This document shows positions 51,801 to 64,000 of a stretch of DNA of 64,000 bases, one piece after another (position 1 is the stretch's first letter; each line of letters begins with the position of its first letter). Both the position numbers and the translations under genes were made by a program. Under the pieces are notes generated by a model. That model was not told the origin of the DNA. It worked only from the letters and a program-made list of their open reading frames with translations, and ran no database searches. The stretch is from Proteromonas lacertae (taxonomy: Eukaryota). Location: NCBI GenBank assembly GCA_002245135.1, contig NGBS01000296.1, positions 186,001 through 250,000 of the forward strand. Reading direction: 5' to 3'.

Positions 51801-53577
51801 AACACATGTAAGAGTAATTTCATTAGTATTTCTCGTTACTGAAGGACATATTGTGAAATTTGAAACTCTATCACCATTGTTATTTCCTTCATCATATTTA
51901 AACTTTAAATGTTCTTTATTTTCCCATTCAATGGTAGGATAAGTAGGTGGATCAGGTCCTATTCATCATAATTACATATATATATATATATATATACTAT
52001 CTGGTAATGTTTCAAATTCATATATTTCATCAGACCAATCACCATTATATAGAATCTTATTAACAGCTCTTACAGCTACATAATATGTAGTAGCAGGTAT
52101 CAAATTAGAAAAATTATAATATAAATTTAAAGCATCTACTTCAGTATAACTACTTTCTTTATCAACTGTATTATCTCGATTGATCCATATATGATACCTA
52201 TATTAAGTTATAATAATAATAATAAATCTATTTATACTTTATTATTTCAGAACCACCATTGAAAGGTTCTTCCCAGAATGCATCTGCTTTCCTTGCTTGA
52301 ATATTAGTGATATTCAATATCATTTTATCCGGAGCACTTGATAATGTTGTAAATGAACTGCTTAATGGAATACCAATACGGTAAATATCTGTATCAAATA
52401 GTGTAAAATCATTATCTTCATCTCCTTCAGGGAAATCGTAATTGTCATCAACAGCAGAGATATTATAATAATACTTTGTACCAGGTCTTAGATTCTCTAT
52501 TTTATATGTGAATTCTAATTGTGTTGGATCTGTTATTGTTACTACATAACTTGCATTCCAAGTGTCATTACGTATTTCTATTCTGAATTCAGTTATGTTG
52601 TAATAGGTTTCTGAAGCGTTGTAATTCTTTGGATAACTCCATTTAAATTTAACAGATCGTGAATCTGCCATTGGATTCATTCCACTTTTAGGCATTCCAG
52701 GTTCTATTCATATAATAAATAAATAAATAAATAATGATAATTATATACTTGTTGATATATTAACAGAATAAAAATCAGAATAGTAAGCATCATTAGTACC
52801 AAAACAAAATAAATTGTATTTTGTACCATGTGTTAGATCATCAGGTTTATATGTAATATTGTAGTCTGATATAGTGAGCAAACTACAATTGATTTTATGT
52901 TCTGCAAAACTTCGCATTTGGGTTTTTGCAAAAGTGATATTATCATCTTTCATTGTATAAACCCATGGTGGATAATTAGGTGGAATTCCGTAATGATATT
53001 TGTCACAATATACACCACCATGTAGAACCTGCGGGTTGATATTGATAATTATATCAGATGTGAATGGTGGTAAAAATGTTAATATAGGAATCGGAGTCTT
53101 ATACAAATCTAAGAAAAATTAATTAAATTGAAAAAATACATGTAGTAATTTCTTCTTTTGTATTACATATCCTTTTAGGATGCTCTGTATTTTTATTTGA
53201 ATAGCAATACAGGTAATAGGTATGGTTTGCTGTTAGATTATTGAACATCACTGTCACTGGTAATGTTTTTTCAATTTTTACAGTTTTTTTATGAGCACCT
53301 CCATCAATTTCTGATTTTAATTGAGTAATATCAGATGACTCACAGTTAAGAATTTCATACTCTAACAAATTACATGTAATTTCTGTTTCTATTCCTTCTG
53401 TACTTACTTCATCAAACACATCAACGGCTATAGTATCATTTTGAACGATTTTATTGGTTACATTCACTATTAAAGTAGAAATGAAATGATCATTTTAATT
53501 ATACCCTCTCCTTTTACTGCAAAACATGAAGAATATAAGATTGCTAAAATAAACAAAACTTTGAATGAGAAAACCAT
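45886..53577 (-). CDS. Large single-pass surface protein: signal peptide, many FN3 repeats, putative-Ig repeat, TM helix, cytoplasmic PH-like domain
   Basis: FN3 motifs (WEEPFNGGSEIIKY, NLRPGTKY, WTEPFHTGGLKITKY), LPHGIIFN..NGEISGT, TM WAWVLILMLLLLLLLFIIMVIFL, PH-like IIQGYVEM..SWRKFYMVL..FILRC..EKSKWLEVI. Confidence 0.8.
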
Positions 53578-53653
53578 GAATTAAAAAACAAAAAATTCAA
53601 ACTGATGACGGTAATTTGTGTCAATTTGACCATAATTTATAATTTCTTTAAAT

Positions 53654-54476
53654 ATGATAAATCTAATGGAGTTAGCATTGAGATTTCCTTCTAAAGGTAT
53701 AGTACATATACTATAATTTAATTTTTAGGAATTGGATTTAAATTTTCTAGGAAATCTTGGAAGAACGCTAAATACGTAGAAATTCAAAGAGTCCTTCCTA
53801 AAACAGAAAAATATGGCAAAATATTTGGAATTACTTATGTTAGTATACATAGCTTAGTTATAGTTTAGATAATGAGCCAATAAATCGTTTTCCTGTTAGA
53901 ATTCATAGTTATGCAAAACATGATTGGATGGAATATAATAGATTATTAGAATTATTAAATGAAATAAAAGCTGAAGAAGGTAGTAAAATAGTCTCACCTA
54001 ATTTTATGCCTAAAGTAACAGATGCAATGGTAAAGAACAATGAAGCAGTAGATTCTCATAGTCAACAAGGAAGAATACTTAGATTAGAAAGAGACATATT
54101 CCAAATTCTTAATATGAGTGATAAAACAACAAAGAAATTAAATTCAAAAGAAGAATTAAACACCAAAATACTTGAATTAGAAATGTTGGTGAATACATTG
54201 ATAATGAATCAAATAAACACAAAAATCATTCCACCAGAGATGGAAGATATCATTCCTATGTCATCAGAAAAGGAATTAGATGGAATGAATCAATTAGATA
54301 ATGAAATTGAGCTACTGGATCAAAGAATAGAAGATTTAGAAAATAATTTGAATAAATACAGAGAATTAGAGAAATTACCAACGAAGAAAGAAGATTTAAA
54401 TAAAATGAACCCTGAAGAAGTGAAAAAATTAGAGAATGAACTGAAAACAATAGTTGGTGATTTGCCTTTGTTATAA
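53654..54476 (+). CDS. Mitoribosomal mS34-like N-terminus with C-terminal coiled coil
   Basis: NLMELALRFPSKGIGFKFSRKSW..YVEIQRVLP..YGKIFGITY..KHDW; two introns. Confidence 0.65.
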
Positions 54477-54586
54477 TTAATAGTACTTATCTATTATTTT
54501 GTCTTATAATATTAGTCATGTTATATTTATATTTCATAAAACATGATATATTTAAAAGTATATAAGAAATTAATAAATCTCAACTT

Positions 54587-56372
54587 CTATAACAGTTCCA
54601 CATAATTTTCTGGAACAATTCCTTCCTGACCATCAAAATTCTTTGATATTAACCATCCTTCAATATTTCCCATCTTACATTGAATAACTTCTCCCTCATG
54701 AACAGTCAATGTACCTTGTTCAGGATTTCCATCAAAATTAAACAATACTTTGTACTGTTTAAACTTTTCTTCAATAGTAAATGGATCTGGAGGTAAAGCA
54801 GCAGTTGGATTAAAATCTTCAGCATAATTCTTAGGGAATAACCCATCAGTACCGTCAATATGTCCACTATACCAATTATCATCAACATCAACCACATTAG
54901 TGACAAGATCACCTGCTTTTAAGGTTAATTTGCCATGAACACCTCCTCCATCAAAATCATATAATATCTTTACCATTTTACTGGCAGTAGGAGGAGCAGA
55001 TATTTGAGTTTGCTGTGGATGGATTGAATCAATGGTTGATTCTAATGTTGAGAATAAATCAACATCATTATTACTACTTCCATAATTATTTAGATTTGTT
55101 GCTGATGGTGGTGGAGTAAATGATACTATTTATATTTTTATAATAATAATTAATAATATATATATATACATCCATCAAATACATCACTTAAATCATTCAT
55201 TGGATGTGGTGAAGGTGGTAATTGAGGAGTATTCATTCCAGACAATATTGGTGAATATTGTGTAGTTGAACTTGGTATTGGTGGAGGTGCAGCTCTTAAT
55301 GATGATGATGATAATGGTATTAATGGCTGTTGAGGTGGTAGCATTGCAATAGTTGGTTGATTATACATCTGTTGTTGTTGTAATGTTGGTAATGGTTGCA
55401 TAGGTGGTGGGATTTGTGAAACTAATCCTGGAATACTTCCACCTATATATCCTTGGTCTAGTATTACAGACATTTCTGGAGTTCTTGCTTGATATAATTG
55501 TTGTGGGAATCTATAAGTTTCACTTACATTCTTTGGTTCTGGATAGCTTCTTACATAAACACTTAAATCATTTTGACCATTGATTTGATCTATTGCTCTT
55601 AATGTTCCATCAACCATATTCATTAACCTTTGTAATTCATCTCTTCTACGTAACATATATTCTCTTAAACTATTCTTTAATAATTCTATTCGATTTAAAT
55701 CGTATATTTCAAATTGCTATATATATTAAAAATAAATAATAATAATAGTAATAAAATACTCTAAATAAATTAGCTAATTCTTCTTGTCTAGATTGCATAA
55801 ATCTTTCAGCTGAATAAAAATCATTTTGGTAAGTTTGCTCTGCAGTTAAAAACTGATATCTTTCATCACTAACTTTTCTTTCATCCACTTTCTTTAAAAA
55901 CTTTTGAAATTGTTTACTTTGCTTGTCATAAGCAGCTTGACTCTTTATTGCCTTATCTCTTAATGTGTGGTAATCTTTAAATATTTGTTCTATTCTTGCT
56001 GTAGCTGCTTGGTTCTTTTGACTTTCGTTATGTCGCCATTTGTGGATGTTATTACCGATATCTCCGCATACCTTTCCCATCTCACAATGGCAAGTCTCTT
56101 CTTCGTGTAAATATGCCATTACACTATTGATTCCATATATTATTGTAGAGTTTTCAGGATCTGGGAAAACAGCACCCTTTACGTTTGTCGGAGTATCTAT
56201 GACACACATTCTTTTAGCCACTTCATCATTTAGTTTGCCAAGATCAATAAAACGATTAGCTACTGATTTGCAGGTGGCTTTAGCGTTTAAAGCTAATGTA
56301 TCACAAATACCAGCGCCTGTGCTACAATTTTATTAATACTATAAAATACCCAATTCTATCTAATAATGACAT
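54587..56372 (-). CDS. F-BAR/BAR-like helical domain, Pro-rich linker, two SH3 domains
   Basis: SH3 motifs LYDFDG..LTLKAGD..NWYSG..GLFPKNYAE and LFNFDG..GWL..GIVPENYVE; coiled N-terminal half. Confidence 0.8.
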
Positions 56373-56420
56373 TAAAAAGATTTCACAAATTGATTCAAAA
56401 ACGGCTCTTATTTTTGTAAT

Positions 56421-57694
56421 ATGATATCTAGGTATATAAAGATTTTTTTATGTAATAATTAGCTGGATAAGTATATTTCGAGAAGATGGAACCAATGGAA
56501 ACCAAGTATTCTCAAAAGGTTATGGAATAGATGCACCTCCTCTGACCTATCAACAAGTGCTTTATATATTATATAACAATGCTGAAGAAAAACAATTTAA
56601 ATTAATTAAAACCCATACGGATGATTGTACACTTGTTTATAAAGCATATCCTTCTGGTTTGCTATTCTTGCTATGTACCTCTTTACAGAATTGTCCACAG
56701 AATTTAGAATTCTTCTTAAACCTTATGGATGCATTGTATAATACTGTTGTTCAATAATTTCTAGTCATTCATGTCTGCCATTGATGTTTGATGTTGCAGC
56801 TGTTGTAAATGAATCTAGAAGTAGTCCTGCAGCAGTTCATATTCTAAAACAAGAACTAAATGTATTATATATTCAATTATAATTATGAATAGAAATGTTC
56901 TTTTTTGATAGATGTTATATTAGCTTCAATTAGCAATCCCTGTTTTCTACTCAAAGGACCAGTGATATGTCTGTTTAGAGATATCAATTACATAAGTTGT
57001 GATAATGAGAGTTTATACATCTGTTTATATTACAATGGTTATGAATATAAGTGGAATAAAAAGTGGGAAGAGTTTAAACCAATTTATAGAATGTATTTTA
57101 TGCTTCTTTCTCACAAATTGACTAATTCAAATCTTACCATTAAAACTAATTTAAATCTTCAGAAAAAGAGAATTTGTTTAAGTGGTAATTATATATCTGA
57201 TACTTCATCAGTTGTTTTTATTCATTTTGATGATGTTGAAGTTGATACAAATGAAGTTTTTAAATCTGTATATAATTATATATATTTATAATTAATAGTT
57301 AATCAGTAAATCTCAATTGTCAATTCTTCCTAAAAATGATGTTCCTCCATTTATATTAGGGTATTTTATTTATTTATTCTATTTGTTATAATGTAGATTA
57401 TCATTAGTATATAATACTACAAGAATCTTATATTTTTACACAAGTAGTAATGTCTATCATAATATATTGGTTTATTCGAGTTATAATGATATAAAATTCA
57501 AGTTGAATTACAAAATCATAAAATATTCTGTATAATTATTATATATATATGTTTAATAGAGTTATATTTCACTAAGTTATTCAACTGATATTTTATATGG
57601 AACAATAATTGTGCCCATATTATTAGAAAGTAATTTAGATGTAGCTAAAACATATTTGCAATCAATAATTGAATTGTATAATGAAAAACAGTAA
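56421..57694 (+). CDS. Longin-domain protein resembling Fuzzy (CPLANE/Mon1 family)
   Basis: GNQVFSKG..KLIKTHTDDCTLVYKAY..LLFLL..VHILKQELNKCSFLIDVIL resembles the Fuzzy longin-1 region; six GT-AG introns keep the frame. Confidence 0.55.
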
Positions 57695-57698
57695 ATTC

Positions 57699-59445
57699 AT
57701 TTTTTCTTTGTTTTTTATATAAAATTTTCTCCAATATAAACAAAAACAATAATAATTTATTAGTCAGCTATTCTATATTAGAGAATTCTTTTGATAATTC
57801 TTTCTTTTCTTCTTCTGAAATTCCATTTATCTTGATTTTTATTATATATGAAAATATATCTAAAAATGATTTTAATTCTGATTGATTTATATTCTCTTTT
57901 ATTGTTATTGTTAATTCATCTAATTCTTCAAAGATTTCTTCATTCTCTTTCATCAGTCTTAATTCACTTTCATTTAACACATTTCCTGATATATTCATAA
58001 CTTTTATTGGTTTATGATCTTTTAATCTTTCTATTAGCATTGTTAAACCTTTTTCACTCATCTCTATATCTATTATATTATATTTTATTTATTAAAATAC
58101 TGTTAAACACTAGTGATCTTCCTTCATCATTACAATCAATGAATTTATCTATATTTTTACATATTATCTCTACTCCTTCATCTCCAATATTGTTATGATG
58201 TATTGATATATACTCTACTGTATTTGCAATACAATCTGTTAATTCTTTTAAACCTTTTCCACTTATTTTATTATTCGATAAATCAATTTCTGCATAATCA
58301 CTGTTTTTAATCAATTTAATATGAGAATCATTCAGATTCATATCTATTTAATTTACAAAATACAATTTATACTTGAAAAATCATAATAGTATCTTTTCTT
58401 GTTAATACAGTATTTCAAATAACATTCCAATTCTTCATTAGTCCATTCAGAACATTTCATTTCTATAAATAGATATTCATTTTCTGATGATTTTTCACAA
58501 ATTGCTTTTAGTCCATCCATATGTATTTCATTTCCTTGTAGTCCTATAACTCTACAATCTCCAAGTGAATCTATTTTATTTGTTAATAACATTACACTTT
58601 CATCATCTATTGATATATTACTCAAACATATGTTATGATAATCTATAAACTTATTTATTTTCTTCAGTAACAACTTAAATCCATTATTACCAATCGGATT
58701 ATCTAATAGAATAAAAATATAAACATACTGTGAATGTATATCTTTTCAATATTATTATTCTTTTTAATATAATTCATCAGATATTCTATTCCTTGTGAAT
58801 CAATTTTGTTATCGTATATATAAAGCTTTATCTTCTCATCAATATTCTTTAAACCATCAACTAAATACCTCAATCCAATTGAAGTTAATCCCATGTCTAT
58901 AAAATATATATTACTATTATTATACTGGAACAATTTATCACATTATTATACATTAATATTTCCAAATGTGGAGATAATAATTTCATTCCTTTATCTCCTA
59001 TTTCATTTCCACTTAACAGTATATTTTTAAGATTAGTTAATGAAGATAGATTGTCAATCAGTATTTCTATACTTTTACTTGTTAGTCGATTATCTAAACA
59101 ATAGAAAAACATCAAGTTATACTTCTTAAATCTAGTCTTCCGATTTCTCTTAATTCATTTAATCTTAAAGTAATGAATGATTTGAAAAAACCATCATCTA
59201 TTTCTAAATTAATCAAATCTAAATATCTGATGTATTCTATTATTTCTGGAATGCTTTTATCTATCAGCAATTCTTTATTTTCATTAAAATGGAATAATAT
59301 TTTCGAAATAGGAAATTTGGAGAATAAAGCTTTTAATCCTTTTGAATGAATATTATCATTTGTACGAACATCTATTTTCTTTAGATTTGGATATTTATAT
59401 AATTCTTTTGATAATAATATCATCGATTCATCATCTAAATTCATT
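57699..59445. repeat. 1747-bp inverted repeat, arm 2
   Basis: Reverse complement of 43282-45028. Confidence 0.95.
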
Positions 59446-61018
59446 TCACACATATTTAATTCATTGTCTTCATTGATTAATAAATGTAAGTATGGAAGAA
59501 GTATTTTTAAGCCTTTAAAACCTACACGAACATCTATGACAATACAATTATTATATATGCATTAAATACATTGAAGATTTACATATTTTAATTTCATGAA
59601 TGGAATTGATTTAATAAATGATTTAATAAAATGGGATGTAATATTGATTGATGATAAGTCTAATTCTTTTAGATTAGATAATTGACTGAATAAAGATCCA
59701 AATAACGATTGTAAAGATTTTGGAACATCCATTCCACCTAAATAAATAATAAATATTTAAAATATACTAAATCTAAGTTTTGCTAGATTTAATAGCTTTA
59801 ATATTCTGAATATATAATTCATTCCTTCTTCACATACACAAATGCAACCACAATCAATTATGACTGAATCTGCATCTTCACATTCTTTCTCAATATTGAA
59901 AATCATTCCATCTAAGTAATATCCTTTATTTCTTTTACATTGGTGATATATCTTTAATTTCAGTTTATCTTTTATTGAATCATCTTCTTTGTATAATTTC
60001 ATCATTAATAATATAGACAATACTCTTTCATTTGTTTTACTGTTGTATGATTCTTTCAAACCTTCTCGAATTTCTTCTCTTTTATTATTTTCAAGATAAT
60101 ATTCAGCTTTAATACTAAATGAGGATATGTCTAATGTATAATCATTATTGAATAATATCTCTTTTCTTTCTTTACATAACATCAAATTACTATCTTCGTC
60201 TTTTAATATTTCACTCATTTTTATTACTTCTTTTCTCAACTCTTTTAAACTCAATCTATCTTCACTCTTCATTTTCAACATTCTATCCTATAGTATCTTT
60301 CATTGTTTTATCACATTCTACATCTAAACTGTATTTACATCTCAGGATATTATCCATTATTTTTAACATATTATTATCTTCATTAAATGGTAATTTCTTG
60401 TTTATAACCTCATATAATATACATCCAATTGACCAAATCACACTTTTCTCATTACATTCTAATCCATTCAACTCTTCTGGGCTTTTAAAACACACATCGT
60501 ATACTCTAAAATCTTCTTTTCTTCTTAAAGTATCTAAACATAAATCACATAATTTTATTTCACCATCCTTTTCATATATTATGCTACTACTCTTCAAATT
60601 ACTCACTATTACATCATATTCACTTAAAATCATCACAAAATAGCATATTGAATTCATAATACTAAAGATATCATCACTTGAAATAAATTCACTATAAATC
60701 ACCTCTTCTAGATCTTGTACATAATAATCTCGTAATATTATCATGTATTCACTGTAATTATTCACTTGAAATACTTCAGACAAACAGATGAAGTATAAAC
60801 AACTACCTGATAGAAGAGAGTAAAATTCACAAAATTTTAAAGCATTCTTTTCTTTTAGCTCATCTATAATGAGGATTTTCAGTCTCTTAGTGTAATTTTG
60901 GTGTTCTATTGTCATATTCACTTCATTCCTATTCTTTTCTACTCTTTCTTTAATCTATTAACAATAATTTAAACGTTAATACCTCGTATTTCGATGATAT
61001 TTCATCAATACAATTCAT
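57768..61018 (-). pseudogene. Pseudokinase + RNI-like LRR gene, copy B (+1 frameshift near 60287)
   Basis: Same architecture and intron positions as copy A; ATA GGA TAG AAT G where copy A has in-frame I-E-R-T-L-K; could be an assembly indel. Confidence 0.65.
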
Positions 61019-61413
61019 TTTAGATTTTTGGTGGTTATGTTTGAAAATTTTCGTTAGTCCCCAATTTATTAAAATATCATTTACAATCAATATAAACATA
61101 GTTCAACAGAAATTGTATGTTCTTATTATGTATTCACTGGAATAATTTATAATGAAACATCATGAAATAAAAGATAAGAAGAAATGCATTTTAAATATTA
61201 CAACTTCAATTAATATAGCTATAAGTAAAGATGAATTAGTAAATAGATATAACCAAGAAATGCACTTTTTTTAAAAATTCCTATAATCAAAATAACCCAA
61301 TAGTCTATTCTTCATGTCAACATTTAAACCAATACATTCAGCAGATTGCATAAACAAAAAGAAAGAGAGTAAAATATCAACAAAATATCATAATTACATT
61401 AATTTAATTTATA

Positions 61414-64000
61414 TTAAGGATTAATATCCATCTTTAAGTATTTTATCATACTGTTGTTCATAATCATCTCAATGTCATCTTCATTCTTCCCTTTAGGCAA
61501 AACACTTTTCAATGGTTCGTCACTAGTATTATATTTTACAAAATTCTTTTTATAATAACTCCTCATTCCTTCAGGAATTAGTGATAAATCAGGAGGAATA
61601 CTATTACATTTATCCATACAATCAAATATTTGATTATCATATATTTTTATACATAACGAACAAGGTTTTAATAATGAAATATTCGAGAATATTCCTTGAC
61701 ATTCATTATCTAATACAGTCTGATAATTCTCTACTTTGAATTTGTTTAATAATTGCTATAATATTAAATAATTATAGTATATATACCGATTGAAATTTGC
61801 CTTTATATAAAGGTACTTGATATACTCCATTTCTAACATACTCTTTTCCACTCATAAATACTGGGCAAATACACCATCCATATTCACTGATTTTACCAGT
61901 AAAACTTTCACTATAAACTTGACATATCACTAAAGTTATTGAATTATAAGGAATATCAACAAAAGACTATTTAATAATATAATTATAATAAATATAATAC
62001 ATGAAATTGATCTTTAAAGAAAATAGCTTTATTTGTACAATCCCAATCAATTCGTTTAGTAAAATCAATACCATCAGTCTTCGAAGGATTAGCATAGAAA
62101 TCACCAGGAGGATATAAACTATACATCACCTTATACACTTTATTCTTTATCTTATTAATACCATTAATTGATTCAATTGATATACTAAATCCATATTCTT
62201 GATTATAAATAGCACATTCATTATAAGATATATAATTATTCGGTTTATCAGATAAAAGGTTCAAAATAGCACTTGCTGCACTTTCTTCATCAATAAAATC
62301 ATGTCTTAAGATTCTATTAATTATATTTTTTACTAAAATTCTTTTTCTATTTCTCTTTCTACTGTTATATAACTTCTTCTCACTTTCAGTTGGAAAACAT
62401 TTTACAGAATTATAACATCCAGTTCCATAAGGTTCTGGTAAAATAAAACCATTATTATCACCTATATTCTGTCTATCTACAAAATTATAGAATATTCCAT
62501 TTTTCTTCTCAGCTTTCAATATTCTTATTAATACTGTCGAACAAGGTACTCTGTTTGCCTTATCCAATGAATTTCCTCTTAATATTTCATCACTTGGTGC
62601 TGTTTGATATAATGGTATTTGATAGGAACCAGCATTTAATACAATTCTTTCATCAGTTTCATCAGGTTGATCTTTAGATTTGGGTAAATGGAAAATAGGA
62701 AAAACAGAGTAACCTACTATTTCAGTTTGTTTTGTTATTCGGTTAACTGTGTCTATTCTAATGATTACTGTTGCAGTTGGATCAATATGTGGCGGTCTAA
62801 TTTCCACTAAACATCTCAATGTTGGTTCATATATAACATCACTTAATCCACAACAGGAGATAATCTTTTCACTAAAAGGTTCTCCTTTTTTGTTATATAC
62901 TCTGACAGTTGTACCAGTGATGGTAATATTATCTGGAAGAGATCTGCAACCATCAACATAGAAATCATAACCATCTTCGTTTATATTGAATAAATCATCA
63001 TCAACCATTTCATATTCATTATATATAAATGGATCATCTGATACAGGATGCTATTAATCAATATAGTATATTATAATCATATACATCTGATGGTCTAAAT
63101 TTACGACAATGACGATGATCTTTTGTAAAGAATTGAGGAGAGGGCATTGGAAAATCAGGTTGCTATATAAATAATAATAATTAATTACTAAATTATACAT
63201 CCATTGAACTAGAATCAGGAGTATCATTATTAAACGCTTGTCTTTTCAATATCTTATCCTTCAACAGATTATTATTATTATTATTATTATGTTTTGGTGT
63301 TCCACTATAATCATAACTATCAACAGAATCAGAATGCACTACTTTAGAGTTGATTATTGCAGATGAAGATGAAGTTTGTGGTGGTAAAGATATAACATCT
63401 TGCAATTGCATTGAGTTCTTATGTTTTTGTGAGAATTCTACTTCTCTTTCTATTAGGTTTGATTTTAATAAGTTATTCTGAGATTGTGATAATGTTGATG
63501 TTTTATTTTTTGGAGTTGTTGCTGTTGTTGTATCTATTACTAATTCTTCTGGGACAATATGATTCTTTTTATACTTCTTTTTCTTCACTTCATCAGGTGT
63601 TGTATCTTCAGAGAAACTTGGTTTTAATTTCATATTGTTATATTTTTCATCTTCATCTTCATTTGATCCATCAGATCCTTGATTATGTACAGTTAAAAGT
63701 TGAGAATCAGCTGTTTTAGAATCTCTAAAAATATACACTGGTTGAGGTTGATATAATGGAGGTTGTTGTTGTTGTTGTTGTAATGGTTGTTGGTAATAAA
63801 TAGTAGGAGGAGGAGGTTGTTGTAAAGGATATATAAACTGTTGTTGTTGACCATTTTCACTAATTGGAGATAAAGGAGTAGCAAATTGAGGAAGAGATGA
63901 AGGTTGTTGTTGTTGAATTGGGTAATAATAATTAGGTTGAATAGGTTGTTGCTGTTGTTGTTGAAATGGTAGTTGTGTAGGTTGGTGTGTTACATATATA
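61414..64000 (-). CDS. Large uncharacterised protein with Pro/Gln-rich N-region and C2-like beta domains; 5' end outside the window
   Basis: Exons join via GT-AG introns; DFYVDGCRSLPDN, IRIDTV..VGYSVFPIF, LNAGSYQIPLY, YGWCICPVF..NGVYQVPLY. Confidence 0.6.

Noticed and set aside
43282..59445. 1.7-kb inverted repeats as TIRs of a giant transposon (Polinton-like)
   Set aside because: The arms are the 3' halves of genes that continue outward; there is no TSD, and the enclosed genes are ordinary intron-containing host genes with no integrase, polymerase or capsid
1..64000. Stop codons created by polyadenylation (described in Blastocystis) or a reassigned genetic code
   Set aside because: The genes I could follow end in encoded TAA/TAG/TGA, and conserved exons have no systematic in-frame stops; TG-rich tracts follow some genes but no stop-less gene was evident

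Overview
AT-rich, gene-dense nuclear DNA from a microbial eukaryote. It has about 30 protein-coding genes split by very short (mostly ~25-45 nt) GT-AG introns, and many head-to-head gene pairs lie <130 bp apart. Tiny introns, AT-AC minor-type introns and a putative-Ig/FN3 surface protein suggest a Blastocystis/Proteromonas-like stramenopile (inference only). Housekeeping genes include ALG3, FPGS, ISD11/LYRM4, PDK1, a MAP2K, an STK32-like kinase, mitoribosomal proteins, an SLC17-type MFS carrier and three histidine phosphatases. Accessory and unusual content: (1) three-level nesting, with a 639-bp TG..CA hairpin MITE (283-bp TIRs, 5-bp TSD) inside an otherwise intact hAT transposon (8-bp TSD) that sits in a relic of a pseudokinase-LRR gene; (2) two paralogs with an unfamiliar RanBP2-like ZnF / PBZ (PAR-binding) / F-box-like / bacterial STM4015-like LRR architecture; (3) four copies of a pseudokinase-LRR family at different stages of decay, two sharing a 1747-bp near-identical inverted repeat; (4) two AT-AC (U12-type) introns needed to restore reading frames; (5) a 7TM-RGS fusion and an FN3-TM-PH receptor; (6) several cilium-associated genes. 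No rRNA, tRNA or CRISPR array was recognised. All protein family calls come from motif recognition by eye, not database searches.
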